Origin: a virus
Lineage: Duplodnaviria > Caudoviricetes
Reading direction: 5' to 3' (one strand)
IMG/VR virus record: IMGVR_UViG_3300025924_000001
Location: 47,865-111,864 of that record
Length of the DNA stretch: 64,000 bases
Made by a program: the position numbers and the translations under genes. Positions 1-10,319 of this stretch are shown here, in pieces. Numbering within the stretch: position 1 is the stretch's first letter; every line of letters begins with the position of its first letter. Under the pieces are notes generated by a model, which did no database searches, had not been told where the DNA came from, and saw only the letters and a program-made list of their open reading frames with translations.

Positions 1-33
1 CGGGGATCGCGACGTTCGTGATGACGGCCACGG

Positions 34-537
34 CTACGACGTTCCCGCGACCGTCTTCACGGTTCCCGTCGAGGCCCCGGTCACCACCGCCACGGCGGCC
101 CCGGCACGGTGGTCGTAGACCACCGCCGCGGCCAGCGTGAGGTGAGTGCTGTCCGGGATCGACGCGATGGTGCCGACCTCGCTGGTGCCACCGGTGCCGA
201 CCTGCACGAGGTTGCCGGCCGCGAAGTTCGCCGTCGTGCCGACGCTGATGTTGCTGGTCAGGCCGCCGGTTGCCGCCGCGGTCAGGTTGGTCGTCGCCGT
301 GCCGCTGACGGTGACGCCGCCCGCGGCCGCGTAGATCGCGTTGACGCCGTTCGCGAAGCTGAGCTCCGTCTGCGGCGGCAGCGCGAGGCCGCTCGAGGCG
401 GTGACGCCGGCACCGCCGACGTACACCGTCGACGGCCCGGCGTTGAAGACCACGACGTGTGGCCTGCCGACGCTCGCGGGAGTGTAGACCTGGACCGGCG
501 CCGCTCCCACGGGCGTGTAGATGGAACGGCTGGCCAC
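34..537 (-). CDS. Virion structural protein (head decoration-like), hypothetical
   Basis: Ala/Gly/Thr/Val-rich beta-type sequence; downstream of the major capsid; N-terminal part resembles the 539-892 protein (N.GP.T.Y.G..G.TA..G..L.P...L). Confidence 0.55.
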   Translation of the reverse strand: MASRSIYTPVGAAPVQVYTPASVGRPHVVVFNAGPSTVYVGGAGVTASSGLALPPQTELSFANGVNAIYAAAGGVTVSGTATTNLTAAATGGLTSNISVGTTANFAAGNLVQVGTGGTSEVGTIASIPDSTHLTLAAAVVYDHRAGAAVAVVTGASTGTVKTVAGTS

Positions 538-538
538 G

Positions 539-892
539 TCACACCACCGACGGGTTGGACGCCAGCGCGGCGAGGATGGTCGCGGACTGCCCGTTGGCGA
601 CCGCGGCGTACAGGTTGTTGACGAGGCCCTGAACGGTCAGCTGCTCGCCCGGGTTGAGCTGAATGCCCGCGGCCGTGGCGGTGATGCCGGAGGCACCCAG
701 GTAGGCGGTGTTCGGCCCCGTGTTGATCACGGTGTAGGCCTGCTGGGCCGGCGTGGACGTCTGGAAGTTCCAGGTGTAGCTCTTGCCGCCGTGGCTGACG
801 TTGCCGCCGGTGACGGCGAAGACCTGGGTGGCACCCGACACGCTGACCGTGGTGTTCTGAAGCTGGGGGTAGTCCCCCTCGAAGATTGCCAC
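539..892 (-). CDS. Putative capsid decoration protein
   Basis: First gene after the major capsid, AAAGGAA SD-like sequence, small beta-rich protein. Confidence 0.55.
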   Translation of the reverse strand: MAIFEGDYPQLQNTTVSVSGATQVFAVTGGNVSHGGKSYTWNFQTSTPAQQAYTVINTGPNTAYLGASGITATAAGIQLNPGEQLTVQGLVNNLYAAVANGQSATILAALASNPSVV

Positions 893-959
893 TTTCGTTC
901 CTTTCGAGGACGAAGGTCGAGGAAGGCGCGACGGCTCGTGAGAGCCGTCGCGCGACCGA

Positions 960-2765
960 TCACGTGTAGGGAGTGGTGCTGGTCTTCTGCAGGCCGGCCA
1001 GGTGCGCGGAGTACTGCGGCGCGTGAGCCACCATCGCCCCGTACAGGAAGATGCTGTAGCGGAAGGTGGCGTCGATGACCGGCCACGCGATGGACACGTA
1101 GTCCTGGACCGTGGTCATCTCCCAGGCGTTCGCGACGTTCGTCCACGTCTGCGGGAGCTGGTAGGTCATGAGGTCGGCGTTGCCCTGCTTGTACCAGGGG
1201 TGAACGACCATCTTCATGATCGAGCGGGTGAACGGGTTGCGGAACTCGTCGACCGCGGCACCGGTCTGGATGCCACCGGTCTCCGACTGCTGGATGAACA
1301 GACGGTAGTTGGTGGCGGAGCCCTGCGCGATGACGTCGTCGGACAGGTTCGCGATGTCGGTCGCCGAGCTGAGCAGCTCGGCCGGGTCGGCCTTGAACGC
1401 GCCGGGGTTGTTGGACGAGCTGTCCCACAGCGCCTTCAGGGTCGTGTTGATGACGTTGTAGTTCAGCGTCGAGCCGACCGCGTTGTTGACGTAGCCGCCC
1501 TGCCAGCCGGACGGGTAGATGCCAGCGTTGGCCGACACGCCGGCGAGCGTCGGGATGACGCCCTCCATGCGGGTGCCCTTGCCGGTGCCGGTGTCGGCGG
1601 CCGGGACGGCGACCGTGGTCGCGGCGGTGCCCTGCAGGGTGAAGCGGGTGCCGCCGACCTGAGCCTGCTGCAGGAAGTAGCCGGCGCTCGCGTTGTTGGT
1701 GTAGATGTTCGTGAACAGCGCGCCCGCGACCGTGGGGATGGTCACGTCCACGACCTGGCCGGCGCCGACGGTGACGCTGTTGCTCGCCACGGACGGGGCG
1801 GTCTCACCCCAGTAGTTGCCGGCGGTGATCTCGACGGTCAGGGTGCCGGTGGTGAACGCGGTCTCGTTGCTGCCCGCGGTCCGGAGCGTGATGGTCGGCG
1901 CGGCCGGCGCGGCCAGGTTGATCGAGGTGCCCGCGATCATCTGGTACTCCTCGCCGAGCATCATCTCCTGGAGGAGGATGAGGTTCGCGAGGGCCGAAAC
2001 GTCCTCGAATCCCTGGCCACTGAACTGGGCCAGCCAGGACAGCTGCTCGGTGATGCCGAAGAACCGGTAGGGCACGTTGAGGGTGACCTCGGTCTGGCTA
2101 CCCGACGGCGGCAGGTTCAGCGGCCAGGAGCTGAACGAGCCCCCGGACGTGACCAGCTCGTCGATCGAGATGTCGAGGACGCCCTGCCCGCCGGTCTGGG
2201 AGCCGCTGATGCCAGTGAAGACGCGCTCGATGCGGCTGAGACCCTGACCCGCAGGACGGGGGAACTTGTTGCGGTACAGGGTGTAGACGGGGTAGATCAG
2301 TCGGGACGGCGCGAGCAGGTCGAACGGCACGAGGCCGTAGATGCTGCCGATGCCGAGGTTGCCGGCGGTGAAGCTCTTGTCCGCGCCGGGGATGCCCTGC
2401 AGCAGCTGGCCGATCTGCTCCCCGATGGACGGCGCGGTCAGCGCCGTCTTCAGGTTGCCGAACTGGTTGAGGAAGCCCTGGTTCATGGACTTCACGACCG
2501 AGCTACGGTTCTGGTAGCCCTGCATCGTCGCGGTGCGCAGGTCCAGGGCGGCCTGGTGCGCGCGGTAGGTGATGTCGGCCTGGTCCTCCAGCGGCTTGTT
2601 GGAGCCGATGGTCGCGAGGCCGGCGCCCTTCACCAGGTTCGGCAGCTGCGCCTTGATCGCGTCGCCGGTGGTGTTGCAGCGCGAGACGGTGTCCTGCAGG
2701 CCCGCCTTGAGCTCGTTCATGTCCGTGGGCGTCTGGGTGTCGGCGCCCTCGAGGAGTGCAGCCAC
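960..2765 (-). CDS. Major capsid protein with Ig/FN3-like insertion
   Basis: Directly downstream of the protease/scaffold; 601 aa; strong GC3 codon bias; capsid-like N- and C-terminal regions around a Thr/Ala-rich insertion (LAAPAAPTITL...). Confidence 0.8.
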   Translation of the reverse strand: MAALLEGADTQTPTDMNELKAGLQDTVSRCNTTGDAIKAQLPNLVKGAGLATIGSNKPLEDQADITYRAHQAALDLRTATMQGYQNRSSVVKSMNQGFLNQFGNLKTALTAPSIGEQIGQLLQGIPGADKSFTAGNLGIGSIYGLVPFDLLAPSRLIYPVYTLYRNKFPRPAGQGLSRIERVFTGISGSQTGGQGVLDISIDELVTSGGSFSSWPLNLPPSGSQTEVTLNVPYRFFGITEQLSWLAQFSGQGFEDVSALANLILLQEMMLGEEYQMIAGTSINLAAPAAPTITLRTAGSNETAFTTGTLTVEITAGNYWGETAPSVASNSVTVGAGQVVDVTIPTVAGALFTNIYTNNASAGYFLQQAQVGGTRFTLQGTAATTVAVPAADTGTGKGTRMEGVIPTLAGVSANAGIYPSGWQGGYVNNAVGSTLNYNVINTTLKALWDSSSNNPGAFKADPAELLSSATDIANLSDDVIAQGSATNYRLFIQQSETGGIQTGAAVDEFRNPFTRSIMKMVVHPWYKQGNADLMTYQLPQTWTNVANAWEMTTVQDYVSIAWPVIDATFRYSIFLYGAMVAHAPQYSAHLAGLQKTSTTPYT

Positions 2766-2805
2766 GGTGGTTCCCTTCCGGAAAGCAGCGGTTAGCGGTT
2801 GTGAT

Positions 2806-5706
2806 CTACTTGAAACCGGTCATCTTCTTCAGCTCCCGCCACGCAACTTCCCGCTGCATCGGGTCGGGGTCGTTCCGCCACTGGTGGTGCAGTGCCTGGA
2901 ACACGGACTCCTGAGCGCGCTCCGCGCGGCTCACGGACGGCAGCACCTCCGGTGCCACCGCCTTGTTGATCTGGTCGAACGCGACGCCGCGGTAGGGACC
3001 CACCGGGTCCGGCTGCTCGGCGAGCGCCTCCAGCTTCTTGCGGGTCTTCTTGAGGTCCTTCCGAAGGTCGGCGACCTCGGCGTCTCGGGCCGCGTTGACG
3101 TCGGCGACGGCCTTCGTGATCATCTCCTGGACGGTCACGAGGTCGAGGGTGACGGCCTTGGTGACCTCGGTCGTGACGGTCTTCTCGGCCTCAACGACCT
3201 CGGTCGCCGCGGCCTCGACCCTCACCTTCTTGGGCTTGGCGGCCTTGGCCGCACCGGCACCGTGCGGTGCTGGGCCGCCGACCCCCACCGGCACCGGACG
3301 AGAGCCCGGCAGCGAGCCGCCGTAGGGGCTGCCGCTGGGCGCGGTTGGGCAGAGGTCGGGGAAGGTCTGCGCGATGTGGTCGTGCATGGCCAGCATGGCC
3401 TGCCGCGCGTTGTCCTTCATCGCGTTGGTGTAGTAGGTGCGGGTGGGGACGCCGGTCACCGACGGTGGGCTCACCGGTCGCATCGGGTTGCTGCCGCTCG
3501 CGGGTGTCTCGGAGGCGCGACCCGCGGTGAGGTAGCCGTGGTTGAACTGCGCCGCGGAGATCGACCCGAACGGGTTGGGCGCGGTGTTGGGGCCGCCGTG
3601 GCCCGGCGACGCGGCCTCGTGACCGGCCGTGACGAGCGGACGGTTGTAGGAGCGGCCGTTCATCGAGCCCGGGGCGGGGAAGGTGCCGGGACCGGGGTTC
3701 GCGTCGCGGAACTCCTTGTACAGCTCCGACTTCGCCTCGAGCAGGTAGCGCGGGTCGGTTCCCTTGAGGGTGACCACGTGCTGCCACAGGTCGTTCGCCT
3801 TGCGGGCCTGGTCGAGCGGCGCGGACGCGGCCATCTCGAAGGCCTTGCGCTGCCAGTGGTTCGGGTCGAGGCTGGACAGGTCGTAGCTGGGGTAGCTCTT
3901 CGCGACGTCGTCTGGGTGGAAGCACGGGCAGGTCAGGTCGTGCAGCACGCCGTAGTCCGCGGGAACGTTGAGCATCTTCAGCCGCATCGACGCCGAGCCC
4001 TCGTGGTCGCCGGGGAAGATGAGGTCCGCGGTCTTCACGCTCGAGTCGGGAACGGTGGGCAGCTTCGCGTCGTGCTCGAGGGCCTCGATCGCGGGGCCGT
4101 CCGGCTCGCGGTGCGCCGGCACCGGGTCGGCGTCCTCGGTCTCCTCGACGCCGTCGGTGGGCGTCGCCTTCTTCTCGGCCTTCACCTTCTTGCCCTTGTG
4201 GCTCGCCCGGATCTTGCCGCCGGTGGCCTCGTCGTCATCCCCACCGTCGCCGTTCTCACCGCCGGCGGCCTTGACCTTGCTGTCCGCCTCCGGCAGGTAG
4301 CCGGGGTGGGCCTTGCCGCAGGACGGGCAGAACTTCTCGCCCTTGTCGAGCTGGTAGCCGCAGCCGAGGCACGTGAAGTCGTGGTTCTTCTTGACCGCGA
4401 GCGCGCCCTTGAGCTTGCCGCCGCACTCGGGGCAGAAGTTGTGCTCGGCGTGCAGGTTCGCCCCACAGCCGGGGCACATGACCTTGTCCTTCTTCTCGAC
4501 GGTGACGACCTTCTCGACGGTCGGCTCGACGGCCTTCTCGCCGTCGTCGCACTTCTCCGTCTCGTTCTCGTCCTCGTCGTCGGCCTTGGCGCTGCCGGCG
4601 CCGCCGGTCCCGGCACCGGCGGTGCCGCCGCCGGCCTCACCCGCGCCGGCGCTGCCGCCGCTCGTGCCGCTGCCGCCACCGGTGGAGCCGGCCTTCGCCT
4701 CGTCGGGCTCCTCGTCCTTCGTGGCGTCCGGCTCGTCCATGGTCTTCGCCTCGGTGACGTCGTCCTCGACGGTGTCGACGTCGATCACCTTCTCGCTGTC
4801 GCTCATGCCGAGCTCCTTCTTCCAGCTCTCGGGGAGCCGGGCCACGAAGGCGGCACCCTTGCGTCGGGCGATGCGAATGATGCTGCTCTTCAGGTCCTCG
4901 GGCGACTTGTTGTCGTCGCCGGCGCGGCCGATCGAGGTCGCGGCGTCGTGCACGTCCTGAGGGGTGACGATGGGGAAGGAGCGGTCGGTGCCCGCGAAGT
5001 CACCGGCGGGGATCGCGTCGCGATCGGTGCCGCCACCCACGTTGGGGTCCACGTCGCGCTTCACGACGCCCTCGTGACCGGTGAGTGCCTTAGCGACGTC
5101 GGCCGGGGTGACGCGCTCACCCTCGTACGTGACGCCGCGCTTCACGACGATCTCGGTGACGTCGCCCAGCATCTTGCCCACGAACTCGGGGTCACCGTCG
5201 GCGCCGGCGGCCTTCACGAGCTGGAACTTCGAGTTGAAGTTGCTGCCGCGGTCGACGAGGCTGATCTCACTGATCTTGGTGAGGCCGTCGCGGCGGCCGC
5301 GGATGATGCCGTTCATGGCCTTGCCGGTGGGGTCCGGCACGATGTCCGGGTGCGTGATGCCCACCGAGTAGCAGGTCAGGACGCCCTTGCGAACGAGCTC
5401 CTTGGCCACGGGCTCCACGACGAGGGACTTGACCCAGTGCCCGTCGGGGGTCGCCTCCACCTCGAGGCCCCTGCCGGCCGGGTCCCGGCGAGCCTGGTGC
5501 TGCACCCGCACGTTGCCGCCGGTCTCGAGCCACTCGTGGATCGCCTTCGCGGACCAGTCCTGGTCGACGATCTGCAGGTCGCTGTCGACGGTGCCGTCGG
5601 TGGCCTTGCCGTAGACGATGAGGTCGCCGTCGGCCGTCTCCTCGGTCTTCTCGATGGGGAACGAGAAGTAGGTCAGCTCGCCGTCGGGGGTGAGGGTTGC
5701 GGCCAC
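2806..5706 (-). CDS. Prohead maturation protease/scaffold fusion with double zinc ribbon
   Basis: N-terminal HK97-like protease motifs (YGKAT...DSDLQIVD, NVRVQH, YSVG, EISLVDR); CPGCG/CPECG/CLGCG/CPSCG ribbons; acidic linker; C-terminal coiled coil; lies between portal and capsid. Confidence 0.8.
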   Translation of the reverse strand: MAATLTPDGELTYFSFPIEKTEETADGDLIVYGKATDGTVDSDLQIVDQDWSAKAIHEWLETGGNVRVQHQARRDPAGRGLEVEATPDGHWVKSLVVEPVAKELVRKGVLTCYSVGITHPDIVPDPTGKAMNGIIRGRRDGLTKISEISLVDRGSNFNSKFQLVKAAGADGDPEFVGKMLGDVTEIVVKRGVTYEGERVTPADVAKALTGHEGVVKRDVDPNVGGGTDRDAIPAGDFAGTDRSFPIVTPQDVHDAATSIGRAGDDNKSPEDLKSSIIRIARRKGAAFVARLPESWKKELGMSDSEKVIDVDTVEDDVTEAKTMDEPDATKDEEPDEAKAGSTGGGSGTSGGSAGAGEAGGGTAGAGTGGAGSAKADDEDENETEKCDDGEKAVEPTVEKVVTVEKKDKVMCPGCGANLHAEHNFCPECGGKLKGALAVKKNHDFTCLGCGYQLDKGEKFCPSCGKAHPGYLPEADSKVKAAGGENGDGGDDDEATGGKIRASHKGKKVKAEKKATPTDGVEETEDADPVPAHREPDGPAIEALEHDAKLPTVPDSSVKTADLIFPGDHEGSASMRLKMLNVPADYGVLHDLTCPCFHPDDVAKSYPSYDLSSLDPNHWQRKAFEMAASAPLDQARKANDLWQHVVTLKGTDPRYLLEAKSELYKEFRDANPGPGTFPAPGSMNGRSYNRPLVTAGHEAASPGHGGPNTAPNPFGSISAAQFNHGYLTAGRASETPASGSNPMRPVSPPSVTGVPTRTYYTNAMKDNARQAMLAMHDHIAQTFPDLCPTAPSGSPYGGSLPGSRPVPVGVGGPAPHGAGAAKAAKPKKVRVEAAATEVVEAEKTVTTEVTKAVTLDLVTVQEMITKAVADVNAARDAEVADLRKDLKKTRKKLEALAEQPDPVGPYRGVAFDQINKAVAPEVLPSVSRAERAQESVFQALHHQWRNDPDPMQREVAWRELKKMTGFK

Positions 5707-5721
5707 ACGGCTTCCTTTCCG

Positions 5722-8700
5722 TCAGTCCGTCGTCTTGTTGAGGTGATCGCTGCCGTGGTGAATCTGGAACGAGTGCGCCTCGTCCCACGGCCCGACCACG
5801 GAGTGGACGGTGCCGACGTACGCGTTGAGGGGCTTGCCGAGGCGCTGGGCGGCCAGGGCGCGGTGGTGACCGTCGATCACCTTGAGCTTGGGGTCACCGG
5901 GGGTGTCGACGAGGATCGCGGGGTGCAGGGTTTCGCCGGCCCTCAGTCGCTCCACGAAGCGGTCGACGGCGGCGGCCTCGTGGTGAGCCGCCCACCGAGC
6001 CTCGTTGCTGAAGTCGAGCAGGCTCGTGGGGACGTCGGTGGGGCCAACCCACCTCGCGTCGTCAACCCACGCGTAGCCCTCAGCGCTGAAGTTCCGGCTC
6101 ATCAAGGCCGCGACCTCGTCGGCGGTCGCCGATCGCGTCCCATCCAGGTAGGTGTCTCGACCCAGCGCGCTGAGCACGAGCTGCAGGTCGTCACGGAGCT
6201 CGGCGCGAACCGAGGGGTTGTCGACCAGGTGAGCCGGGTCCCACCACGCGAGCGCCTCAACCTGGTCCCCGTCGGGGTCGTCGGGGTTGGTGACGCGGTC
6301 GCGGCCGTCGAAGATCGGCACGTCGGCCTCGGACGCAACCTCGTAGACGAAGCCCAGCCAGCGACCGCTCTCCGTTCCCCAACCGGGAACGAACCGCCCG
6401 ACGGGGAGGACGCAGCCGGTCTCCTCCTGCCACTCCCGAACCGCGGCGCTGCGCGGCTGCTCACCGGGTTCCAGGCAGCCGCCGGGAAACTCCCACGTGC
6501 CGGCGGCCCGGTCGGGCGGCTCAGTTCCGACGAGGTCGGACACGCTCTGGTCACCGTAGGGCACGTCGTGGCTGATGGAGCCGTCGGCGTGGGACCACCA
6601 GTCACCGCTGTCCAGCCCCCACGCGAGCGGCAGACCGCAGGGGCAGTGCGTGGGACCAACCGCGCGCTGCAGCATGAGCACGCGACCGGTGTCGGCGGCG
6701 CGCACCGCGAGCCCGGCGGCGACGCAGGCGCCCTTGGTCGCGGTGCGACCCTCCCACCGGTCGCACACGTCGATCAGGTCGATCGAGCCCCACACGAGGT
6801 CGCACTCGTGGGTGTCGAGGTGGAACATCACGCAGGTGCCGCAGGATCGAGCGCGGCTCTCAGCCGGCCGGTAGTGAACCGACTCCTTGGACACCTTGAC
6901 GCGCTTGCCGAGATCGCTCACGCTCGGCGCGCGGCCCCGGTCGTTCACGTCACCGGGAACGTCGCTGATCGCGGCCTGGCCGGCGCCGTGGCCACCCTGC
7001 GGCCAGTAGCCAGTGGGTCGCGCGTCGACGTCGGTTTGGTGGCCCTGGGTCAGGGGTACCCGGTCGTCGCGACCGCCGGAGGGGTGATGCGCTTGAGATC
7101 GGTCGGAACCATCGTAGAAGCCACCCATGTAGCCGTTGGGCGGCTGTGAGGTCCACCGTGGGGGCTCACCCCCGGCCGTGCCTCCCGGGACCCCACCGGG
7201 CACCTCGGTGCCGTCTCCCAGGTGCCGGACCGGGGATCGACCGCCGCCGCCGGCCGCGTTGAGCGGCACGGCCGAGTCGATCCAGCTCTCCTGACCGTTG
7301 AGGCTGACCACGCGGCGGGTCGCCTTGACCACGCGGATCGCGTCGTCGATCTCCAGGCCCTCAGCCAGGTGCTGAGCGATGCGAGCGAGCGCCGCCTGGT
7401 TGACGTTCCGCGGCACCCACGTGCTGACCTGCCGGCCCTTCTTGACGTGACGGCTCAAGGCCTCGAGCTCGCTGCTCACGGCCTTCGCGAGGGACGCCGC
7501 GTCCGCCTTCTTTGCGGGCGCGGCGGCCTGCGGCTTGGCCGCGGAGCGCGGCGGCGTCTTCTGGTCGCCGGTCGCCGAGGCGTGACCCGGCGTCTCGGGG
7601 TGCTGCGGTGCCGCTGCCTGGGTCGGAACGTCGGCCTGGCCGGTGCTCTGGGTCTGGGCGGTGCCGGTCGCGGTGACCGGCAGCTCCGGCTTCAGGCCCG
7701 ACAGGGAGAGCTGGCCGGGGTCGCCGACACCGGGCTCGTCGGTCGTGCCAGCGGTGACCGCACCGAACGGCACGGGACCGTTCTTGCTGAGGAAGACGGG
7801 GCCGCTCGTCTCCGGTAGGCCCCACGGTTGCAGGTTGAGCTTGTCGCGGGCCTCGTCGACGCTGCGCAGCCCGTTCTCGACCTGCTTGATGAGCAGGTCG
7901 GTGATGAGGGCCTCGTCCTCCTCCGCCTCGAGGCCCTCGAAGACGAACTGCATGTCGTCCTGGCCACAGACGTACTCGAGGATGTTGTTGATGATGTCCG
8001 CGATGAACATGAGCGTCGGCTTGGTTGCCTTGCGCTCGCCCACGTTCTCGGCCATCTTCGCCATCTGGTGGGACGCGCCGGGCGACATCGACGTGCTGAC
8101 CTTGGGGGCGATGCCCAGCTCCATGGGCATGATGTCGAACGCCATGCAGACCTGGGTCATGACGATCTCGTCGAACGCGTCGGCGAGCTGGACGCCGCGC
8201 TGCGGCTCCACCTTCGTCCCCGGCGGCAGAACAATGATCTTATGGTGCCAGGCGGGGTCGCCGGCGAACGCGTTGAGCGCGTCCTGCAGCTCCCGAATCT
8301 GGTTCGGCGTCATGTTCTCGTCGCCGGGCGACATGTAGACGGCCGGGACGGTGCCCTCACGGAAGTAGTCGAGCTGGTAGCCCTGCTTCTGCAGCCCGGA
8401 CAGAACGGGGATCATCGCGCGTTCGATGGGCGGGAAGCCGTACGGCGTCCACCGGCGAGGAACCATCGGCACATACAGCAGCTGGTCGCCCCGGAACTGA
8501 CCGACCTCGCTGCCGCGGAGGCCGCCATCCTGGATGTCCATGTCCGTCAGCATTTTGATGAAATCGCTGCGGGGGACGCCGTAGAGGTACTGCTGGTAGG
8601 CCGGCGCCGGCGGAGCCGGGTAGCCGCCGTGCATGTCGTAGAGCGGGCGGATGGTCGGGCCGCTGATCAGGTTCAGGCTGTCGAGGTCGCTGCCGAGCAG

Positions 8701-9348
8701 GCCCTTCCGCATGCCACGGCCGCGCTTCGGCCGGAGGAACAGGGACAGGGCGTCGAACACGAACACCTCCTCGAGGAAGGCGTCGATGAACGTGCTCCAG
8801 CTGTAGTAGTCCGGGTCGGGCCGCTTGAAGAACTTCTTGGCCTTGGCGCGGCGCTCACCGAAATCCTTGAACCACGCCTTGTCGCCGCGGTTTGCCTTGG
8901 CGGCCTCCTGCGTGGGCAGGATGTCCCACTCGAGGCCGCGGATCTCCGACTTGCGAAGCTGAATGCAGGCCCGGGCCACGGAGTAGAGATCGGCGAGGGT
9001 CCGCAGGGTACTGAAGCTAGCGAGCTTGAGGCCCTCCGAGCCGGGCGTGCCGACGGGGAGGTTCCACCCGACGCGGTACTCCTCGCGGCGAGGGTCGGCG
9101 CGGCCGGACGCGGGATCCGGCTCGTCGACCGGCACCGGCAGGATCGGGCTGAACGGCCCGAACGCGCCCTGCGTGAAGGTCGCGGTTGGCCGTGGCAGGA
9201 AGCCGGCGTAGGCGTTGGCGTAGCCGTGCTGGTCAGCCAGCTGCATCGCGAGCGGTGAGATCGCGCCGGTGCCCTGCGGCGGTGGCGTGGGTCGGGCGCC
9301 GCCGGGTGAGTACCGCGCGGCGCGCAGGATGGACCTAGTTGACGCCAC
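5722..9348 (-). CDS. Portal protein fused to HiPIP-like, NUDIX and ParB-like domains
   Basis: First ~530 aa portal-like (PYGFPPIE, YFREGTVP, CMAFDIMPMELG, G..SVDEAR..L.L.P); CGTC-x8-C-x12-CDRW; Nudix box GGCLEPGEQPRSAAVREWQEETG; C-terminal PAILV...VIDGHHR. Confidence 0.8.
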   Translation of the reverse strand: MASTRSILRAARYSPGGARPTPPPQGTGAISPLAMQLADQHGYANAYAGFLPRPTATFTQGAFGPFSPILPVPVDEPDPASGRADPRREEYRVGWNLPVGTPGSEGLKLASFSTLRTLADLYSVARACIQLRKSEIRGLEWDILPTQEAAKANRGDKAWFKDFGERRAKAKKFFKRPDPDYYSWSTFIDAFLEEVFVFDALSLFLRPKRGRGMRKGLLGSDLDSLNLISGPTIRPLYDMHGGYPAPPAPAYQQYLYGVPRSDFIKMLTDMDIQDGGLRGSEVGQFRGDQLLYVPMVPRRWTPYGFPPIERAMIPVLSGLQKQGYQLDYFREGTVPAVYMSPGDENMTPNQIRELQDALNAFAGDPAWHHKIIVLPPGTKVEPQRGVQLADAFDEIVMTQVCMAFDIMPMELGIAPKVSTSMSPGASHQMAKMAENVGERKATKPTLMFIADIINNILEYVCGQDDMQFVFEGLEAEEDEALITDLLIKQVENGLRSVDEARDKLNLQPWGLPETSGPVFLSKNGPVPFGAVTAGTTDEPGVGDPGQLSLSGLKPELPVTATGTAQTQSTGQADVPTQAAAPQHPETPGHASATGDQKTPPRSAAKPQAAAPAKKADAASLAKAVSSELEALSRHVKKGRQVSTWVPRNVNQAALARIAQHLAEGLEIDDAIRVVKATRRVVSLNGQESWIDSAVPLNAAGGGGRSPVRHLGDGTEVPGGVPGGTAGGEPPRWTSQPPNGYMGGFYDGSDRSQAHHPSGGRDDRVPLTQGHQTDVDARPTGYWPQGGHGAGQAAISDVPGDVNDRGRAPSVSDLGKRVKVSKESVHYRPAESRARSCGTCVMFHLDTHECDLVWGSIDLIDVCDRWEGRTATKGACVAAGLAVRAADTGRVLMLQRAVGPTHCPCGLPLAWGLDSGDWWSHADGSISHDVPYGDQSVSDLVGTEPPDRAAGTWEFPGGCLEPGEQPRSAAVREWQEETGCVLPVGRFVPGWGTESGRWLGFVYEVASEADVPIFDGRDRVTNPDDPDGDQVEALAWWDPAHLVDNPSVRAELRDDLQLVLSALGRDTYLDGTRSATADEVAALMSRNFSAEGYAWVDDARWVGPTDVPTSLLDFSNEARWAAHHEAAAVDRFVERLRAGETLHPAILVDTPGDPKLKVIDGHHRALAAQRLGKPLNAYVGTVHSVVGPWDEAHSFQIHHGSDHLNKTTD

Positions 9349-9538
9349 CGGTGACCCCCGTCTCAGCCTCGGCCCAGAGCTCGCGCTGCAGCCGTCGCGC
9401 CGTGACCTTGACCTCGTTCTTGAGCGCCTTCGCGCTCGCGTACCCCAGCGCCCTCGCGATCTCGGCCCACGTGGCGCCCCGCTCCTGCGCGTCGTTGATC
9501 AGGCGCAGCTTGAGCATGAGCTCGTCACGTGGGGTCAC
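9335..9538 (-). CDS. Small HTH protein
   Basis: GATWAEIARALG helix-turn-helix signature. Confidence 0.6.
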   Translation of the reverse strand: MTPRDELMLKLRLINDAQERGATWAEIARALGYASAKALKNEVKVTARRLQRELWAEAETGVTGGVN

Positions 9539-9548
9539 GGGGCTCCTC

Positions 9549-10319
9549 TCACGAGCAGTAGGCGTAGAACGTGGGGCCGATCGCGGTGGGCGCGATGTAG
9601 GTGGTCGTTCCCACGGTTCCGGGCGTGCTCAACCCGGTGCTGCTGGTGCCGCCGAGCAGCGGCGTCGGCACGTTGGCGCCGGTGATGAACTGAGCTGAGG
9701 GGCTGAACGTGGGCGCGAGGACGCTCGGCCTCGTCCCGGAGAAGTTGAACATGAGCCCGATGTAGTGCTGACCCGTCGTGCGAGACTGGTATTGGCTGGC
9801 GAGTGCGAGCTTGTACCACGTGTTCGCGGCGACCGGCGTCGTCAGCTGGTCCGCGGTCACGGCCCGCAGCTGATAGGACGAGTTGAGGATGCAGGCCCAC
9901 CAGTTGAGGGGACCGACGCCGGAGGTTGAGCCGGTGCAGAACCCGATGTTGCTCAGGGTCATGCCGGCGGTGAGGGTGATCGACATGAGGTACAGGGTGG
10001 CGTTGTTGGGGGTGCTCGGCACGCCGACCGTGTAGCGGTGGCAGGTCTCGGTGATCGCACCCGGCGTCGGCGCGGACTGATCGAGCGAGGGTGACTGCAT
10101 CGTGTAGACGGCGCCGGTGCTGTCCTTGACGAACAGGCCGCCGCCGTACGCGAAGACCACGCTTCCATCCGGCGTGCCAGGCTGGGTCGGCAGGTTCGGC
10201 AGGTAGTGCTGCTGCGAGGTGAAAGCGGTGCCCGGTCGCACCTGAACGTCGTTGTCGAACCAGGTTCCCGACTTGATGAGCTGCGTGCCGGGAGGCGCGC
10301 TGCTGTCGGCTCCGCTCAC
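9549..10319 (-). CDS. Virion fibre/structural-like protein
   Basis: Thr/Gly/Ser-rich beta-type sequence; start overlaps the upstream stop (GTGA). Confidence 0.5.
   Translation of the reverse strand: MSGADSSAPPGTQLIKSGTWFDNDVQVRPGTAFTSQQHYLPNLPTQPGTPDGSVVFAYGGGLFVKDSTGAVYTMQSPSLDQSAPTPGAITETCHRYTVGVPSTPNNATLYLMSITLTAGMTLSNIGFCTGSTSGVGPLNWWACILNSSYQLRAVTADQLTTPVAANTWYKLALASQYQSRTTGQHYIGLMFNFSGTRPSVLAPTFSPSAQFITGANVPTPLLGGTSSTGLSTPGTVGTTTYIAPTAIGPTFYAYCS

Noticed and set aside
2569-7149. 1526-aa plus-strand ORF and similar long ORFs (1002-2795, 17012-18703, 29542-31275, 34048-35301, 57741-60575)
   Set aside because: Antisense shadows of high-GC3 genes with recognisable motifs on the other strand.
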